Source of the DNA: a virus
Taxonomy: Duplodnaviria > Caudoviricetes
Strand: one strand, 5' to 3'
DNA length: 64,000 bases
IMG/VR virus record: IMGVR_UViG_2904150443_000004
Location: 1 to 64,000 of that record
Positions 30,924 to 40,643 of the stretch are shown in pieces. Both the position numbers and the translations under genes were made by a program. Numbering within the stretch: the stretch's first letter is position 1; each line of letters starts with the position of its first letter. Under the pieces are notes generated by a model that was not told the origin of the DNA, did no database searches, and saw only the letters and a program-made list of their open reading frames with translations.

Positions 30924-32011
30924 GTATGATCACCTACTTCCGCAATTGAATCATCAGGTGGTGTAATAAATTCACCCATTCTATATCTTTCTATATATTC
31001 ATCTAACTGAGCTCTATTATTATTTCTAGTACCATATATGTGGTGAAAACTATTTATCTTATTTGGATTGTGACATTTCTTGCATAGAGTTATGCCATTA
31101 TTAATATCAAACCGAAGATGTATATTATCAGAAAAGTTCTCGACATGATGAGCCTCTATCTTGTCTCTCACAATTCCGCAACATTGACATGTAAAATTAT
31201 CTTTCTCAAACACCGACAATCTCCATACCGCATACTCTTCAGAGTTTCGAATCTTTGCGTGTAGTGGAGTAATTCCACCTAGCCATCTACCATTCTTGTC
31301 ACCATTTAATGGATTAATATGACGAGGATTAAGTTCTCCCTTCCAGTATCCCAACTCTTTCTTTAGTTTGCTGATTAAAGCTTTAAACTCTGGGGTCGAT
31401 TTCTTAGTGTTTGGATTTTTACCTAATTTAACACTTAATTTAGCTTTAGAAATCTTTCTTTTGTGGTCATCTGTCTTTGGTATTCGGAAAGGGGATTCAG
31501 GGCTAGACATAAAAATTGAAAGTTGTTCATATCTCTTCTTTCGAGTCTCATCATTCTTCCCTTTAAGTCCTAGTCTTTGTGCTCTATCCCACAATTCTTT
31601 TTCAGTAAATCCTTCATAGAATAGTTTTATCAATTCTTTATTAGAGTGCTTAGGGTACACTTCCATAAAGAATTCTTGATCTTCCTTGGTAAAGAATCTC
31701 TTTTTTGAATATTCTTCATTCATAAAATGACCATCTTTCCCACATTCTCTGCAAACATTTCTGAAGCCATCTTTGCATAATTTATCAGGTGGAAAAAATC
31801 TTATGTTTATCAACAGTTCACGATTGCATTTAGTACAAAATTTATATCCATTTTTGGGTTTAATGGCATTTAAATGATTAGTAAACTTACCGCCTGCACA
31901 TACTTTACATTTACTCGTATATCCATCTTTTGTGTCATGCTTTTTGAAAAAATGGTCTGTATCAAGTGGATATACTTTTTCACATTTGTTGCATATCTTT
32001 TCACTTATCAA
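30887..32011 (-). CDS. HNH homing endonuclease with Zn-finger repeats
   Basis: Two CxxC..CxxC repeats, WLGG, VFEKDNFTCQCCG...AHH...NGITLCKKCH. Confidence 0.85.
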   Translation of the reverse strand: MISEKICNKCEKVYPLDTDHFFKKHDTKDGYTSKCKVCAGGKFTNHLNAIKPKNGYKFCTKCNRELLINIRFFPPDKLCKDGFRNVCRECGKDGHFMNEEYSKKRFFTKEDQEFFMEVYPKHSNKELIKLFYEGFTEKELWDRAQRLGLKGKNDETRKKRYEQLSIFMSSPESPFRIPKTDDHKRKISKAKLSVKLGKNPNTKKSTPEFKALISKLKKELGYWKGELNPRHINPLNGDKNGRWLGGITPLHAKIRNSEEYAVWRLSVFEKDNFTCQCCGIVRDKIEAHHVENFSDNIHLRFDINNGITLCKKCHNPNKINSFHHIYGTRNNNRAQLDEYIERYRMGEFITPPDDSIAEVGDHTCQVKNNALNAI

Positions 32012-32175
32012 ATCACATATTCCTCCGATATTACTTTTCTCCGTGTAAAATGAAATACATGGTCAACGGATACGAAGATCTAAGCTTTCAAATAGACTCA
32101 TGACTTCCACTTCTAGACCGTTTTTAAAAATAACGAATTTATTATTATCCCTTCAATGCACGACAGGTGAGGGGA

Positions 32176-32245
32176 GGTGTGTGAAGACCTGTGTATGATA
32201 AGGGAGTGGTATCAAAGCACAGGCAATGTGGAAAAATCACACACC
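32176..32245 (-). ncRNA. putative structured RNA element (long interrupted hairpin)
   Basis: GGTGTGTGA/TCACACACC, CCTGTG/CACAGG and TGATA/TATCA nested pairings in an ORF-free interval. Confidence 0.4.
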
Positions 32246-32271
32246 AAACTTTTTACTCAAAATGAGCAAAC

Positions 32272-32296
32272 AAAAAGAACCGACAAACATCGGTTC
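32272..32296 (-). terminator. intrinsic terminator
   Basis: GAACCGA-N6-TCGGTTC followed by TTTTT on the minus strand. Confidence 0.65.
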
Positions 32297-32329
32297 CTAC
32301 GGTTCAATCATTTTATGTATTTGTTTAAT

Positions 32330-32443
32330 TTATTTATTAAGAATCTGTCTTAGCAAATCCATCTCTTCGTTCTTAATACATTGAACAATACCATTTTCAT
32401 TAACTACGACTTCTGGTTGCTTTACATTAACAATGTAATACAT
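32330..32443 (-). CDS. small hypothetical protein (37 aa)
   Basis: Read by hand: MYYIVNVKQPEVVVNENGIVQCIKNEEMDLLRQILNK; AAAGGA RBS. Confidence 0.4.
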   Translation of the reverse strand: MYYIVNVKQPEVVVNENGIVQCIKNEEMDLLRQILNK

Positions 32444-32477
32444 AATTTATGTTCCTTTTTTTTATATATTTAATATT

Positions 32478-33659
32478 TTATAAATCGATTGTAATTGTAT
32501 ACTCAATTTTATCCTTATCATTGAAAATATGCATTTTTTGCATTGGTTCAGCGAATACACGTCTTGATACAGCATAATCATCTGCACCGATTAAGCTACC
32601 GTTTGAGATAACTTTAGTTCTTCCATACTCCTTCACCGTATCGTGGTGAATATGAGCACTGAATACATAAGAGGGGACAATTCCAATCATCTGAGGTAAG
32701 TTTTTTGCGACAGAAGTTACATGATCCAAGTCTCCATGTACATAAACATGAGCAGGGGAGAAAGTGTTATCAATATAGTATCCATCTGTATCCTTGAGAA
32801 TTTGAACGTTACTAAACCCATTCAATCTACTCTCTAGATACCACGGAATAATATTCTCTAAATTCTCGGTGAAAACAGACTCACTTTTATTTGCTATGAG
32901 TCTAGCATGGTTCCCAATGATATTAATAAATCTAATCTGTCTAAAATGTTTAGATAGTTCAGCAACAGCCTCAGATAACGTTTCAGCTACATGCTGAACC
33001 TGCTTAATTACATCTTCACTAGCTTGTACTCGTGTCGAAACGTGAATAGCTCCACCTATGAAGTCACCAAGTGCCCCGATTGTAAGAGTATCTACTTTAT
33101 GTTTAATCCCGTATTCAATAGTTCTAGAGATAAGCTCTTGCACTCTATATTTAAAAATATTTGGATTATATGTATTAAAACTATTCGAAAAATCCATGCC
33201 ATAATGCCAATCTGACCAAAGCACATTTGCTCTTACTTCAGTAGGTTCTTTGTTAGTAGCTTTGAACTCCAACGGTTTACTAGTTGATAGCTCAGTAATG
33301 GCCTTGTGAATTTCATCTTTAAGATGCTCGAACCTTGCCTGTAAACGTACTATATTGTTGTACTCACGTTTTTGATCTTGAAACCTAATCTTTTCCTTCT
33401 GGAGCTCAATAGTCTTATCGTGTATATCCTTCATATATTCATCGCTATTAGCAAGTTTATCTGTGAGGAATGGTTTCCACTTAGCATATGAAGCGTAATC
33501 TTTACGCCATTTAGACTCTGAATACTCCTCATCAGCTTCTCTGTTCAATAGTTCAGCAGCAGTATTCCAATTCAGTCCATATGTCTCTAAATTATCTCCA
33601 AGCCTGACATGATACTCTTCCAAAGTTTCATTGGTGTTTCTTAGTATCTTAGCAGTCAT
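32478..33659 (-). CDS. calcineurin-like metallophosphoesterase (YonJ-like)
   Basis: SDWH, GD, GNH, VHGD and AHIH metal-binding motifs after an N-terminal coiled coil. Confidence 0.82.
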   Translation of the reverse strand: MTAKILRNTNETLEEYHVRLGDNLETYGLNWNTAAELLNREADEEYSESKWRKDYASYAKWKPFLTDKLANSDEYMKDIHDKTIELQKEKIRFQDQKREYNNIVRLQARFEHLKDEIHKAITELSTSKPLEFKATNKEPTEVRANVLWSDWHYGMDFSNSFNTYNPNIFKYRVQELISRTIEYGIKHKVDTLTIGALGDFIGGAIHVSTRVQASEDVIKQVQHVAETLSEAVAELSKHFRQIRFINIIGNHARLIANKSESVFTENLENIIPWYLESRLNGFSNVQILKDTDGYYIDNTFSPAHVYVHGDLDHVTSVAKNLPQMIGIVPSYVFSAHIHHDTVKEYGRTKVISNGSLIGADDYAVSRRVFAEPMQKMHIFNDKDKIEYTITIDL

Positions 33660-33663
33660 ACAT

Positions 33664-33819
33664 TTACTCCTTGTTTAGAGTATCTGTAAGAGTATACTCT
33701 TCACTTGGTTTAACTTTAATCTTATCTCCATTTACATCAACGTTGATAGCTTTTGCATTTGGATAGAGACCATATAACAGCTCTTTAATTTCATTCAATA
33801 CTTCTTGCTTATTATTCAT
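33664..33819 (-). CDS. small hypothetical protein (51 aa)
   Basis: MNNKQEV start after GGGAGTG RBS; abuts the next gene. Confidence 0.55.
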   Translation of the reverse strand: MNNKQEVLNEIKELLYGLYPNAKAINVDVNGDKIKVKPSEEYTLTDTLNKE

Positions 33820-33946
33820 TATTAATTCACTCCCTGAATTATTTTTAGAAAGCACAAATAGACCAACTTAAATGTTGGTCAGAGAGGATAGGGGAGTAGT
33901 AGAAATAAATCTACCACTCCATATATGTATTAAAGTTAGGAGGTTT

Positions 33947-34222
33947 TTACTTACCGATAATACTTTGTAGACGCTTAAGGGCTGTCCACTTATACTTTCG
34001 TCCAGCAGGGATATCGATTTCTTCACCAGTTTGTGGGTGACGACCTTTCCGTGCTTTAGTAGGCACTACTTCGATTCGAAAGCGCTTAGTAATATCCACA
34101 AAGTCATCCTGCTTTAGTCCGTCTTCAATAATATCTAGAAAAGTATCAAATTGTTCTTCCGCTTCTTTTTTGGAAATACTACGCTTCTCGGCATACAGTT
34201 TTTCGATATCTACTTTTTTCAC
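33947..34222 (-). CDS. hup: HU-family DNA-binding protein (YonN-like)
   Basis: KARKGRHPQTGEEIDIPA arm motif. Confidence 0.9.
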   Translation of the reverse strand: MKKVDIEKLYAEKRSISKKEAEEQFDTFLDIIEDGLKQDDFVDITKRFRIEVVPTKARKGRHPQTGEEIDIPAGRKYKWTALKRLQSIIGK

Positions 34223-34465
34223 TTTATTTTCTCCCTTTAATTTTCTTTTTGTTAAGTAGGGGATTCATGATCGTCTCTTTTATGTGGATATTAGCTTTCA
34301 TGTTCCCTTATATACCATTACGATTTTTATGTATAGATTAACATATAGACGATAGAACTTAGTAAAAATCTATGTTTTATCACACAGTAGAAAATAAAGT
34401 TAAATATAAAATAAGAAATATATATAGATAAAAACCAGTAATTTACTGAGTTTAATGAAAAAATC

Positions 34466-37072
34466 CTATTTTATACCCTTTTCTTTTTTTAATTTTTCCC
34501 TATATTTTTTCTTTGCTTCTTTTACTTGAGCTCTAATAATTATTTTTGAGCAATCAGCACAATATTTTTTTGCGTTATTGGTTGCCAGCACACGTAAACC
34601 GCATAACTCGCAAGCTATGTATTTGTGATTGTATTTATTGTGAATATTTGCTTTTAAATTTTCAACTATAATGTCCCCAAAAGTAGACCATAGTGTTGTT
34701 TTATGACTGCTATTTTTGTCTCCATACAGATATTTCACTAATATGTCAACAACGTAGTAAGGATCACTATTGGTTTCAAGTAGCTCGTTACGGATTTTTC
34801 TATATGTATGAGTATTTTCAAAGGACGAACTGTTCTCGTCATAGTCAATTGAAATGAAGCGTTTCTTAAGATCTAACTTTGAGTATTTCTCTATGATGTC
34901 TTGATTCATTTCCACATCAAGTGATTTCATTAAATTGATGTAATCAAACGAGCCAATATTTGTTCTATTAAAGTTGATCCTACTGTTCGGAATTAGTTTA
35001 CCCATTCGATTCACAGTGCTGTTACTCATGGGTTCTACGTTTGATTCATTTTTATCCTTGGCATGAATAAAAAAGTGTGGAACTTTAGTCCTTGTATATC
35101 GAGTTATAAGTCTGTTGATTTTTTCTGGTCTTGTTGGTTTGTACAATGTCTTAGCATAATCAATAGTAAAGTTATTCTCCATACATAGAATCTTGATCAC
35201 ATCTAGGTTAATATCATTACTGTTCCATATTTTAGTTATATCATTGCTTATTACACCAATATTACCACCAGTGTAAGCAGCCTTAAGTCCATTGTAGATA
35301 TTCTCGGTATTAATTAACTCTGCACCTGCTTTTGCCATGTTGTAGTAAAGGGGAACAATGTCCTTCATATTTCTCTCGGCAACAGTAACTAGGGTAATGT
35401 CGTTCGATACTAGACTCTTGTCACCGTCATTGTCAAACATAAGCACTTTGCTTATGGGATCTTGGCAGCTCGTGTACAGACTCTTTGTGACATACCATCT
35501 TTTCATTTCTTTAGTTATTGTATTCATCCTGATTGCATGTTCTCGATACAAATGAGGACTTCTTAAGCAATCAAGCTTCTCATTATGGTTATAGAGTGAG
35601 CAAAATATATCTCCATTAGACAGTAATCCTTTTGGATTAGACTCTTTCAGAAATATAAATTCGCAGAATGCGTAAAGATCAGGAGATATGAAAGTGTACT
35701 TTCCTTCAATATCGATTTTTCCAGCCTTCGCATTTTTAATCAGACTCTTTTTAGTTTGCTTAATGATTTCTCGACTATATACATCTTTCAGTAGTTCAGG
35801 ATATATATCTAAAGCCTGTTGGAAGTAGTTCTTGTTTGTATTAGATTCTGTTACACCAAGAACTTTTAACATTGTTCTACGATCTTCTCCAAGGGAAGTA
35901 ATGACTTCCTTGGTTGAACTAGTAAGTTCAATTAGTTCATCTTCCGTAATGTCTGTTAAAGTCTGAATCATCTGATAATTTAATTTAGCATTTCCAATAA
36001 CATCTTCCTCTTCATTACACATTCCAGCTTGGCAGCCATATTGCTTGTAATAGAGCTTATATTCATCCCATGATGAATAATACTTCCACATTTTAAACTG
36101 ACTTTTAGTGAATATAACTTCAATTTTGTCTTTTAGAATATCGTATTCTTTCCCATAAATATCTTTTACAATTCCAGTATTCATGGGCGTCTCCTTGTTC
36201 TTCTCCCTAATGAATTTATCGAAAGGGAAGGGGACAAGTAATCCCTTCATCCAAGGCATTCTTATCATAACTGCTTTACCTTGGGTACGGGGTAGTATCA
36301 TTCCGCAGCCATCAGTATGGGTGATAGGTATGTCCATTTCCTTGCGCGAGATTGAGTATGTTTTATCATCAATAAAATCTACCGTTGCTTGAACATTAGT
36401 CTCCATATCTTCAACTACAATGGACTTATCAATATCGAATCCAATCCATTGCTCTGTAGCACTGTTACATAGGGCTAGGTAGGCGAGAAATTTATTAATA
36501 TTTACCCCACCAAGTTCATTAATTCGCTCAATCGACAGGCCACACATTAATGATTTTATATACTGACCCAGAATAGACTCTTTGATAAAGAGTGTTTTCT
36601 TGGTACGGATCTGACCTGCTGAAGCAGTAAAGCAAACATACTTTTCGTTCTTGTAAGTGAATCCATCTAAAATTAAATTCTGAAGAACTTTAAAGTGATA
36701 AGCTTGAACGATTATGATGTCTTCTGTTAATGTATTAGGTTCCATGCCTAATGTCCTAGTTAGTACTGACTCAAATACTGAAACAATGTTTTTGTCTTTT
36801 ATGTATTTATCATTGAAATCACGTACAGAGTTATTGGACTGCAATTTATCTAACAACAGGCTCTTTAAGTATGTTATTCGACCATTGAGTCTTTTTATTT
36901 GATTTTTTTGTTTTTTGATAAGTACTTCATCCTGCGTCTCATCCATAAGAGAGCGTATTTTCTTTTTATAATGACGGGAAATTTTTAACTTGCTATGTAT
37001 TTTGTATTCTTCCTTTGTGTAAAAAAAGCTCGTGTCTACACTGTATAACTGCACTTGCTTGTTAAGATTTAT
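34466..37072 (-). CDS. yonO: single-subunit DNA-dependent RNA polymerase, YonO type (RdRP-related); probable ATA start at 37072
   Basis: TASAGQIR, TDGCG, RSPHL and catalytic FDNDGD motifs; next to HU as in SPbeta. Confidence 0.92.
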   Translation of the reverse strand: MNLNKQVQLYSVDTSFFYTKEEYKIHSKLKISRHYKKKIRSLMDETQDEVLIKKQKNQIKRLNGRITYLKSLLLDKLQSNNSVRDFNDKYIKDKNIVSVFESVLTRTLGMEPNTLTEDIIIVQAYHFKVLQNLILDGFTYKNEKYVCFTASAGQIRTKKTLFIKESILGQYIKSLMCGLSIERINELGGVNINKFLAYLALCNSATEQWIGFDIDKSIVVEDMETNVQATVDFIDDKTYSISRKEMDIPITHTDGCGMILPRTQGKAVMIRMPWMKGLLVPFPFDKFIREKNKETPMNTGIVKDIYGKEYDILKDKIEVIFTKSQFKMWKYYSSWDEYKLYYKQYGCQAGMCNEEEDVIGNAKLNYQMIQTLTDITEDELIELTSSTKEVITSLGEDRRTMLKVLGVTESNTNKNYFQQALDIYPELLKDVYSREIIKQTKKSLIKNAKAGKIDIEGKYTFISPDLYAFCEFIFLKESNPKGLLSNGDIFCSLYNHNEKLDCLRSPHLYREHAIRMNTITKEMKRWYVTKSLYTSCQDPISKVLMFDNDGDKSLVSNDITLVTVAERNMKDIVPLYYNMAKAGAELINTENIYNGLKAAYTGGNIGVISNDITKIWNSNDINLDVIKILCMENNFTIDYAKTLYKPTRPEKINRLITRYTRTKVPHFFIHAKDKNESNVEPMSNSTVNRMGKLIPNSRINFNRTNIGSFDYINLMKSLDVEMNQDIIEKYSKLDLKKRFISIDYDENSSSFENTHTYRKIRNELLETNSDPYYVVDILVKYLYGDKNSSHKTTLWSTFGDIIVENLKANIHNKYNHKYIACELCGLRVLATNNAKKYCADCSKIIIRAQVKEAKKKYREKLKKEKGIK

Positions 37073-37106
37073 GATTAAAACCCTCCCTTGGTTTGTTTAT
37101 AAGAAA

Positions 37107-37136
37107 AATATAACAAAACACAATATTGAAAGTCAA
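37107..37136 (-). promoter_or_regulatory. sigmaA-like promoter of yonO
   Basis: TTGACT-18-TATATT with extended TG on the minus strand. Confidence 0.55.
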
Positions 37137-37227
37137 CAAAATTAAAAACAAAATATCAATATCATATTGACAAAAATAACCGACTAATCTAAATTTAGAG
37201 TATATTAGTTGGTGAGGTGATATTCAA

Positions 37228-38256
37228 GTGGAGAGCTGTACAATACAGGGATTAGTGTTAAACAACGTATACTCTGACATTATGGCATTTCTAAATCAGT
37301 ATGAGAGTAAAAACACAAGGAAAGAGTACAGAAGAGACATACAAGAATTTTTTCATTTTATATGCGGAAAAGAACTTGAATCATTGTTACCTGAAGATGT
37401 AATTAGTCGTAAGGGTACAAGATTATCTAAAAAGTGTGTTATTGAGTATCGTAATTACCTGAACTCAAAAGGTAATTCTAAAGGAACGAGAAACAGAAAA
37501 ATGTCAGCAACACGCAACCTCTATAAATTCTTACAGAGTGAAGGTTATGATATTGATCATATGATATTCGCTTTAAAACCACTCAAATACATTCCAGACA
37601 GTTATGAATCATTAACAAAAGAGGAGGTTATGACTCTAGCTGATTACTTAAAAAAACAAAGGTATGGAGATGAACTATATGCTTTTGTGTACTTAGCAGT
37701 TATCACAAGTTTTAGGGTGGACGCAATTTTAAATATAGATAAAAAGAAAGATATAAGAAAAGACAAGAACTCAGAGTTCTATCTTGTAACTGCTGTTGAT
37801 AAAAGAAATCAAAAAAGATCAATGCCTATTGAACTATGGTTATTTGAATTACTTGATAATCTTAATGGAGACACGCGCCTGTTTGAGAATCTAACAGTAG
37901 ATATTATTCATGATGCAATAACAAAGGCTGCAAAGGCTTTGGAGTTTGAAGGAAGAGTGGTAACACACTCACTAAGAAAAGTAGCGCCTACATTCGGACA
38001 AGAAAACGGGAATAGTGTGAAATCAGATATGGAACAAACAGGCCACGCCTCAGTCCAGACATTCATGAGTACATACGTGAAAGAGAAAATAAATTATGAG
38101 GATCTAGCTGGCATACAAATGTTCCGTACCATCGATGAGACGGTCTTTGATGACTTAAGTAAGGAACAGGTTTTGTCTTTACTGAAGAGCTTAAATCAAA
38201 ACGTATACAACCAACTTGCGAGACATCTGATGAGGGATGACAAAAAGGTTGTCTAA
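37228..38256 (+). CDS. tyrosine recombinase/integrase family protein, catalytic residues intact
   Basis: SAM-like N-terminal domain (NTRKEY..DI..FF); R (FRVDA), K (DKRN), HSLR, GH, Y (MSTY). Confidence 0.88.
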   Translation: MESCTIQGLVLNNVYSDIMAFLNQYESKNTRKEYRRDIQEFFHFICGKELESLLPEDVISRKGTRLSKKCVIEYRNYLNSKGNSKGTRNRKMSATRNLYKFLQSEGYDIDHMIFALKPLKYIPDSYESLTKEEVMTLADYLKKQRYGDELYAFVYLAVITSFRVDAILNIDKKKDIRKDKNSEFYLVTAVDKRNQKRSMPIELWLFELLDNLNGDTRLFENLTVDIIHDAITKAAKALEFEGRVVTHSLRKVAPTFGQENGNSVKSDMEQTGHASVQTFMSTYVKEKINYEDLAGIQMFRTIDETVFDDLSKEQVLSLLKSLNQNVYNQLARHLMRDDKKVV

Positions 38257-38625
38257 TTGAAAACACTAAGTGGCACATTATCGTGACAAAAACATCAAAA
38301 ACAGAAAATGGTTATATGACAAAAGTATCTGAATCGAAACAGTACCAAACCCTTATAAACTAAGGGCTAGAGCGATTTGCTCATGAAAATATAGTTGATT
38401 TGAAAGAGCTTATAAATAACTGCCTTGACAAAAACACCGTTTTTGAAAAATCAGAGTACAAAAAACTTTGACAAAAACATCGATTTTGACTATATATAGA
38501 AAACACCATTTTCTTGACAAAAAGCTAAAAATGAACACAAAAATGAGGATGAGTGCGTGACAAAAAGCCCATTTTTGACTATAGAGTTAATAGATTTAAT
38601 AATTATTTAGTTAATATATTTAATA
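38238..38625 (+). repeat. iteron-like TGACAAAA(A) direct repeats plus AT-rich tract; candidate replication origin
   Basis: Copies at 38238, 38284, 38317, 38426, 38469, 38515, 38558; AT-rich 38585-38625. Confidence 0.7.
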
Positions 38626-38836
38626 TCTCCTGAACAAAATGAGATTTTGTCCAGTGGAGGAGAGTTCTTTTTGGATGTTAGATTGGTTGTTGTATTGTAA
38701 GACAATTATCTTTAGTTTTAGAGTGTATTGTACTTAGGATATGTATTTATATTGTCTTAGGGGGGATGTGTTCTGATTCCTGTAACTGGACTTAGAAATT
38801 GGACTGTAGAATTGATGTTAGAGAAAGAGGTGATAT

Positions 38837-39613
38837 GTGTATCTCATGAACTTTTGTATGAAGAGGATATATGTTAAATCTAATTGGTTTGATGATGGTA
38901 GTAACAAGTATCAGAAAATAGGGATAGATGGTTTCAATCTGTATTTAAATATGTTTCGGTTCAGACTATTTAATCAGGAACATGAATACACGTTTATTAC
39001 GTCGATATCTCTACTGAGAAAAGAAACGAAATACACAGCTCAGAGAATATTGGAGTTGTTAAAGGTATTAGTTAAAGAGAAAATTATTAAGATTGATATT
39101 TCCCGTTGGGATAGACTTCTTGATGTAAATGGGAAGATTGATACTGATAAGACAATTGTCATCACGGCTATTGATAAACCAGTTACGGATAAAAGAAGGA
39201 ATGAACATGGTGATATGATTGATTATCCTGTAACTATAAATGACCAGTACATAAGCTTAGATTTACCCCTTATGCAGCATTACATAGACTTAGGATTTGG
39301 TGAGAGGTATTTGGGATTACATTGTTTACTGAGCAGGTATTCGAACAATTCAGAAGGCAAGGCATGGATGTCCATTAATAAGATGGCTAGCACATTAGGA
39401 TTTGGGTATAAGAGTGTCCATGATATGATTCGTGAGTTGAATAAAAGGTATTTGTTATATAGTCGATATATTGAAACTGAGCAAACTGTTAATGGCAAGT
39501 CAGGAACAAAGTTTGAACACTACTTGTTGACTAATTTGGACTATAGAGACGAGTTTCTGAGAAGTTATAAGGATTTGATTGATAAGAATATTAAAAAGTG
39601 GGATAAAGAATAG
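38837..39613 (+). CDS. putative replication initiator/winged-HTH protein
   Basis: Two wHTH-like repeats (FNLYL...TSISLL; AWMSINKMASTLGFGYKSV..MI.EL); next to the repeats and the helicase. Confidence 0.55.
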   Translation: MYLMNFCMKRIYVKSNWFDDGSNKYQKIGIDGFNLYLNMFRFRLFNQEHEYTFITSISLLRKETKYTAQRILELLKVLVKEKIIKIDISRWDRLLDVNGKIDTDKTIVITAIDKPVTDKRRNEHGDMIDYPVTINDQYISLDLPLMQHYIDLGFGERYLGLHCLLSRYSNNSEGKAWMSINKMASTLGFGYKSVHDMIRELNKRYLLYSRYIETEQTVNGKSGTKFEHYLLTNLDYRDEFLRSYKDLIDKNIKKWDKE

Positions 39614-39622
39614 TGTGTATTT

Positions 39623-39655
39623 AACAGTTACCTTGTTACTGAGGTAGCTGTTTTT
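39623..39655 (+). terminator. intrinsic terminator
   Basis: AACAGTTACCTT-loop-GAGGTAGCTGTT plus T-tract. Confidence 0.65.
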
Positions 39656-39659
39656 GTTT

Positions 39660-40560
39660 TGGATGAAAATTATCCCCCCATACTGGTACGTAATCGTGAG
39701 TGTAAAAAGTGATAATCGTGATTGCGATTATTTTAGGTGAGAAATGAGGATAGAGAGTAGTGTTTATATGGGCTAGAGAGTGATTTATGAGGTGACGTGA
39801 TAGAGAGAAGATTAGGTGATATCGCTAGAACTGAGCAATTATAAGGGTTATTTGGATACCGAAGGAGAGATATTAGACTAAATTGACGTTTTGGAGTGAA
39901 AATTGGAAATTTTAAAGGGTTATTTGAGACGATTACGAGAGAAGTAAAAGGTGATGAAAAGTGAGGATAGGTGAGTGATTATATGGGCTATATAGCTGTA
40001 TAGGAGAGATGAGTCACGATGTGTGTTGCGATTATAGTTACGATTATTTGAGTGTCAAAATTGGAAATTCTGAAGCGGGAAATGAGGTGATAATGTATAT
40101 CGGATGTTTTGTAAGTTGGCTGTGTGGATTGATGTGTTAGCCGACTTTTCCGACCAATTAGACTGATTTTAGTTGTAAACTACCCCCCTCTATATGGTCA
40201 TAAAACCCTTATGTTTACTGACTTTTAGCACCAACTAATAGACATTAGTAGCATTTTAACTGTTTTAGTTAGATTATTATATTAGTTGGACGATATTTTG
40301 CTTATTATTTTAGTGTGATGAGAGTGAGAAGGAGAAAGGGGAGACCAACGACACCACCATTATTAATAATAGTTAGGCTCCGAATAATCGTTATTGTAAC
40401 AGGAGCCGTTTGGCCAGTGTGATAAAGCAAGTTGTATAACTATATATGTGTATCAACACTCAATTACTGTTCATAGTCATATCACTTATCACGGCTTACA
40501 AGTTTATATCATATAAGAGAACTTCATCACAACATAACAATTAACACTATTTATTTAATA
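39660..40560. repeat. ~0.9 kb non-coding region with degenerate internal repeats and a base-skew switch
   Basis: TGAGGATAG...TTATATGGGCTA twice (~39746, ~39962); AAAATTGGAAATT twice (~39899, ~40057); several CGATTA/TAATCG; no ORFs. Confidence 0.55.
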
Positions 40561-40643
40561 ATTTACATTCATATATCAACTTTGATATAATGGAATCACA
40601 AGCACATATCCTAATCACAACACAATCAAAGGAGGAAGTAACC

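Noticed and set aside
33664-33819. Naming this gene yonK
   Set aside because: Syntenic position, but no sequence similarity I can recognise.
441-36902. Short plus-strand ORFs within the late arm (and short minus-strand ORFs in the early arm other than rsfA)
   Set aside because: Antisense shadows of long genes, without RBS or recognisable motifs.
34466-37072. True RNA-dependent RNA polymerase as a novel system
   Set aside because: Motifs and synteny match the characterised DNA-dependent YonO polymerase of SPbeta.
38238-38625. CRISPR array
   Set aside because: Repeats are only ~9-25 bp, degenerate and irregularly spaced; no cas genes; better explained as iterons.
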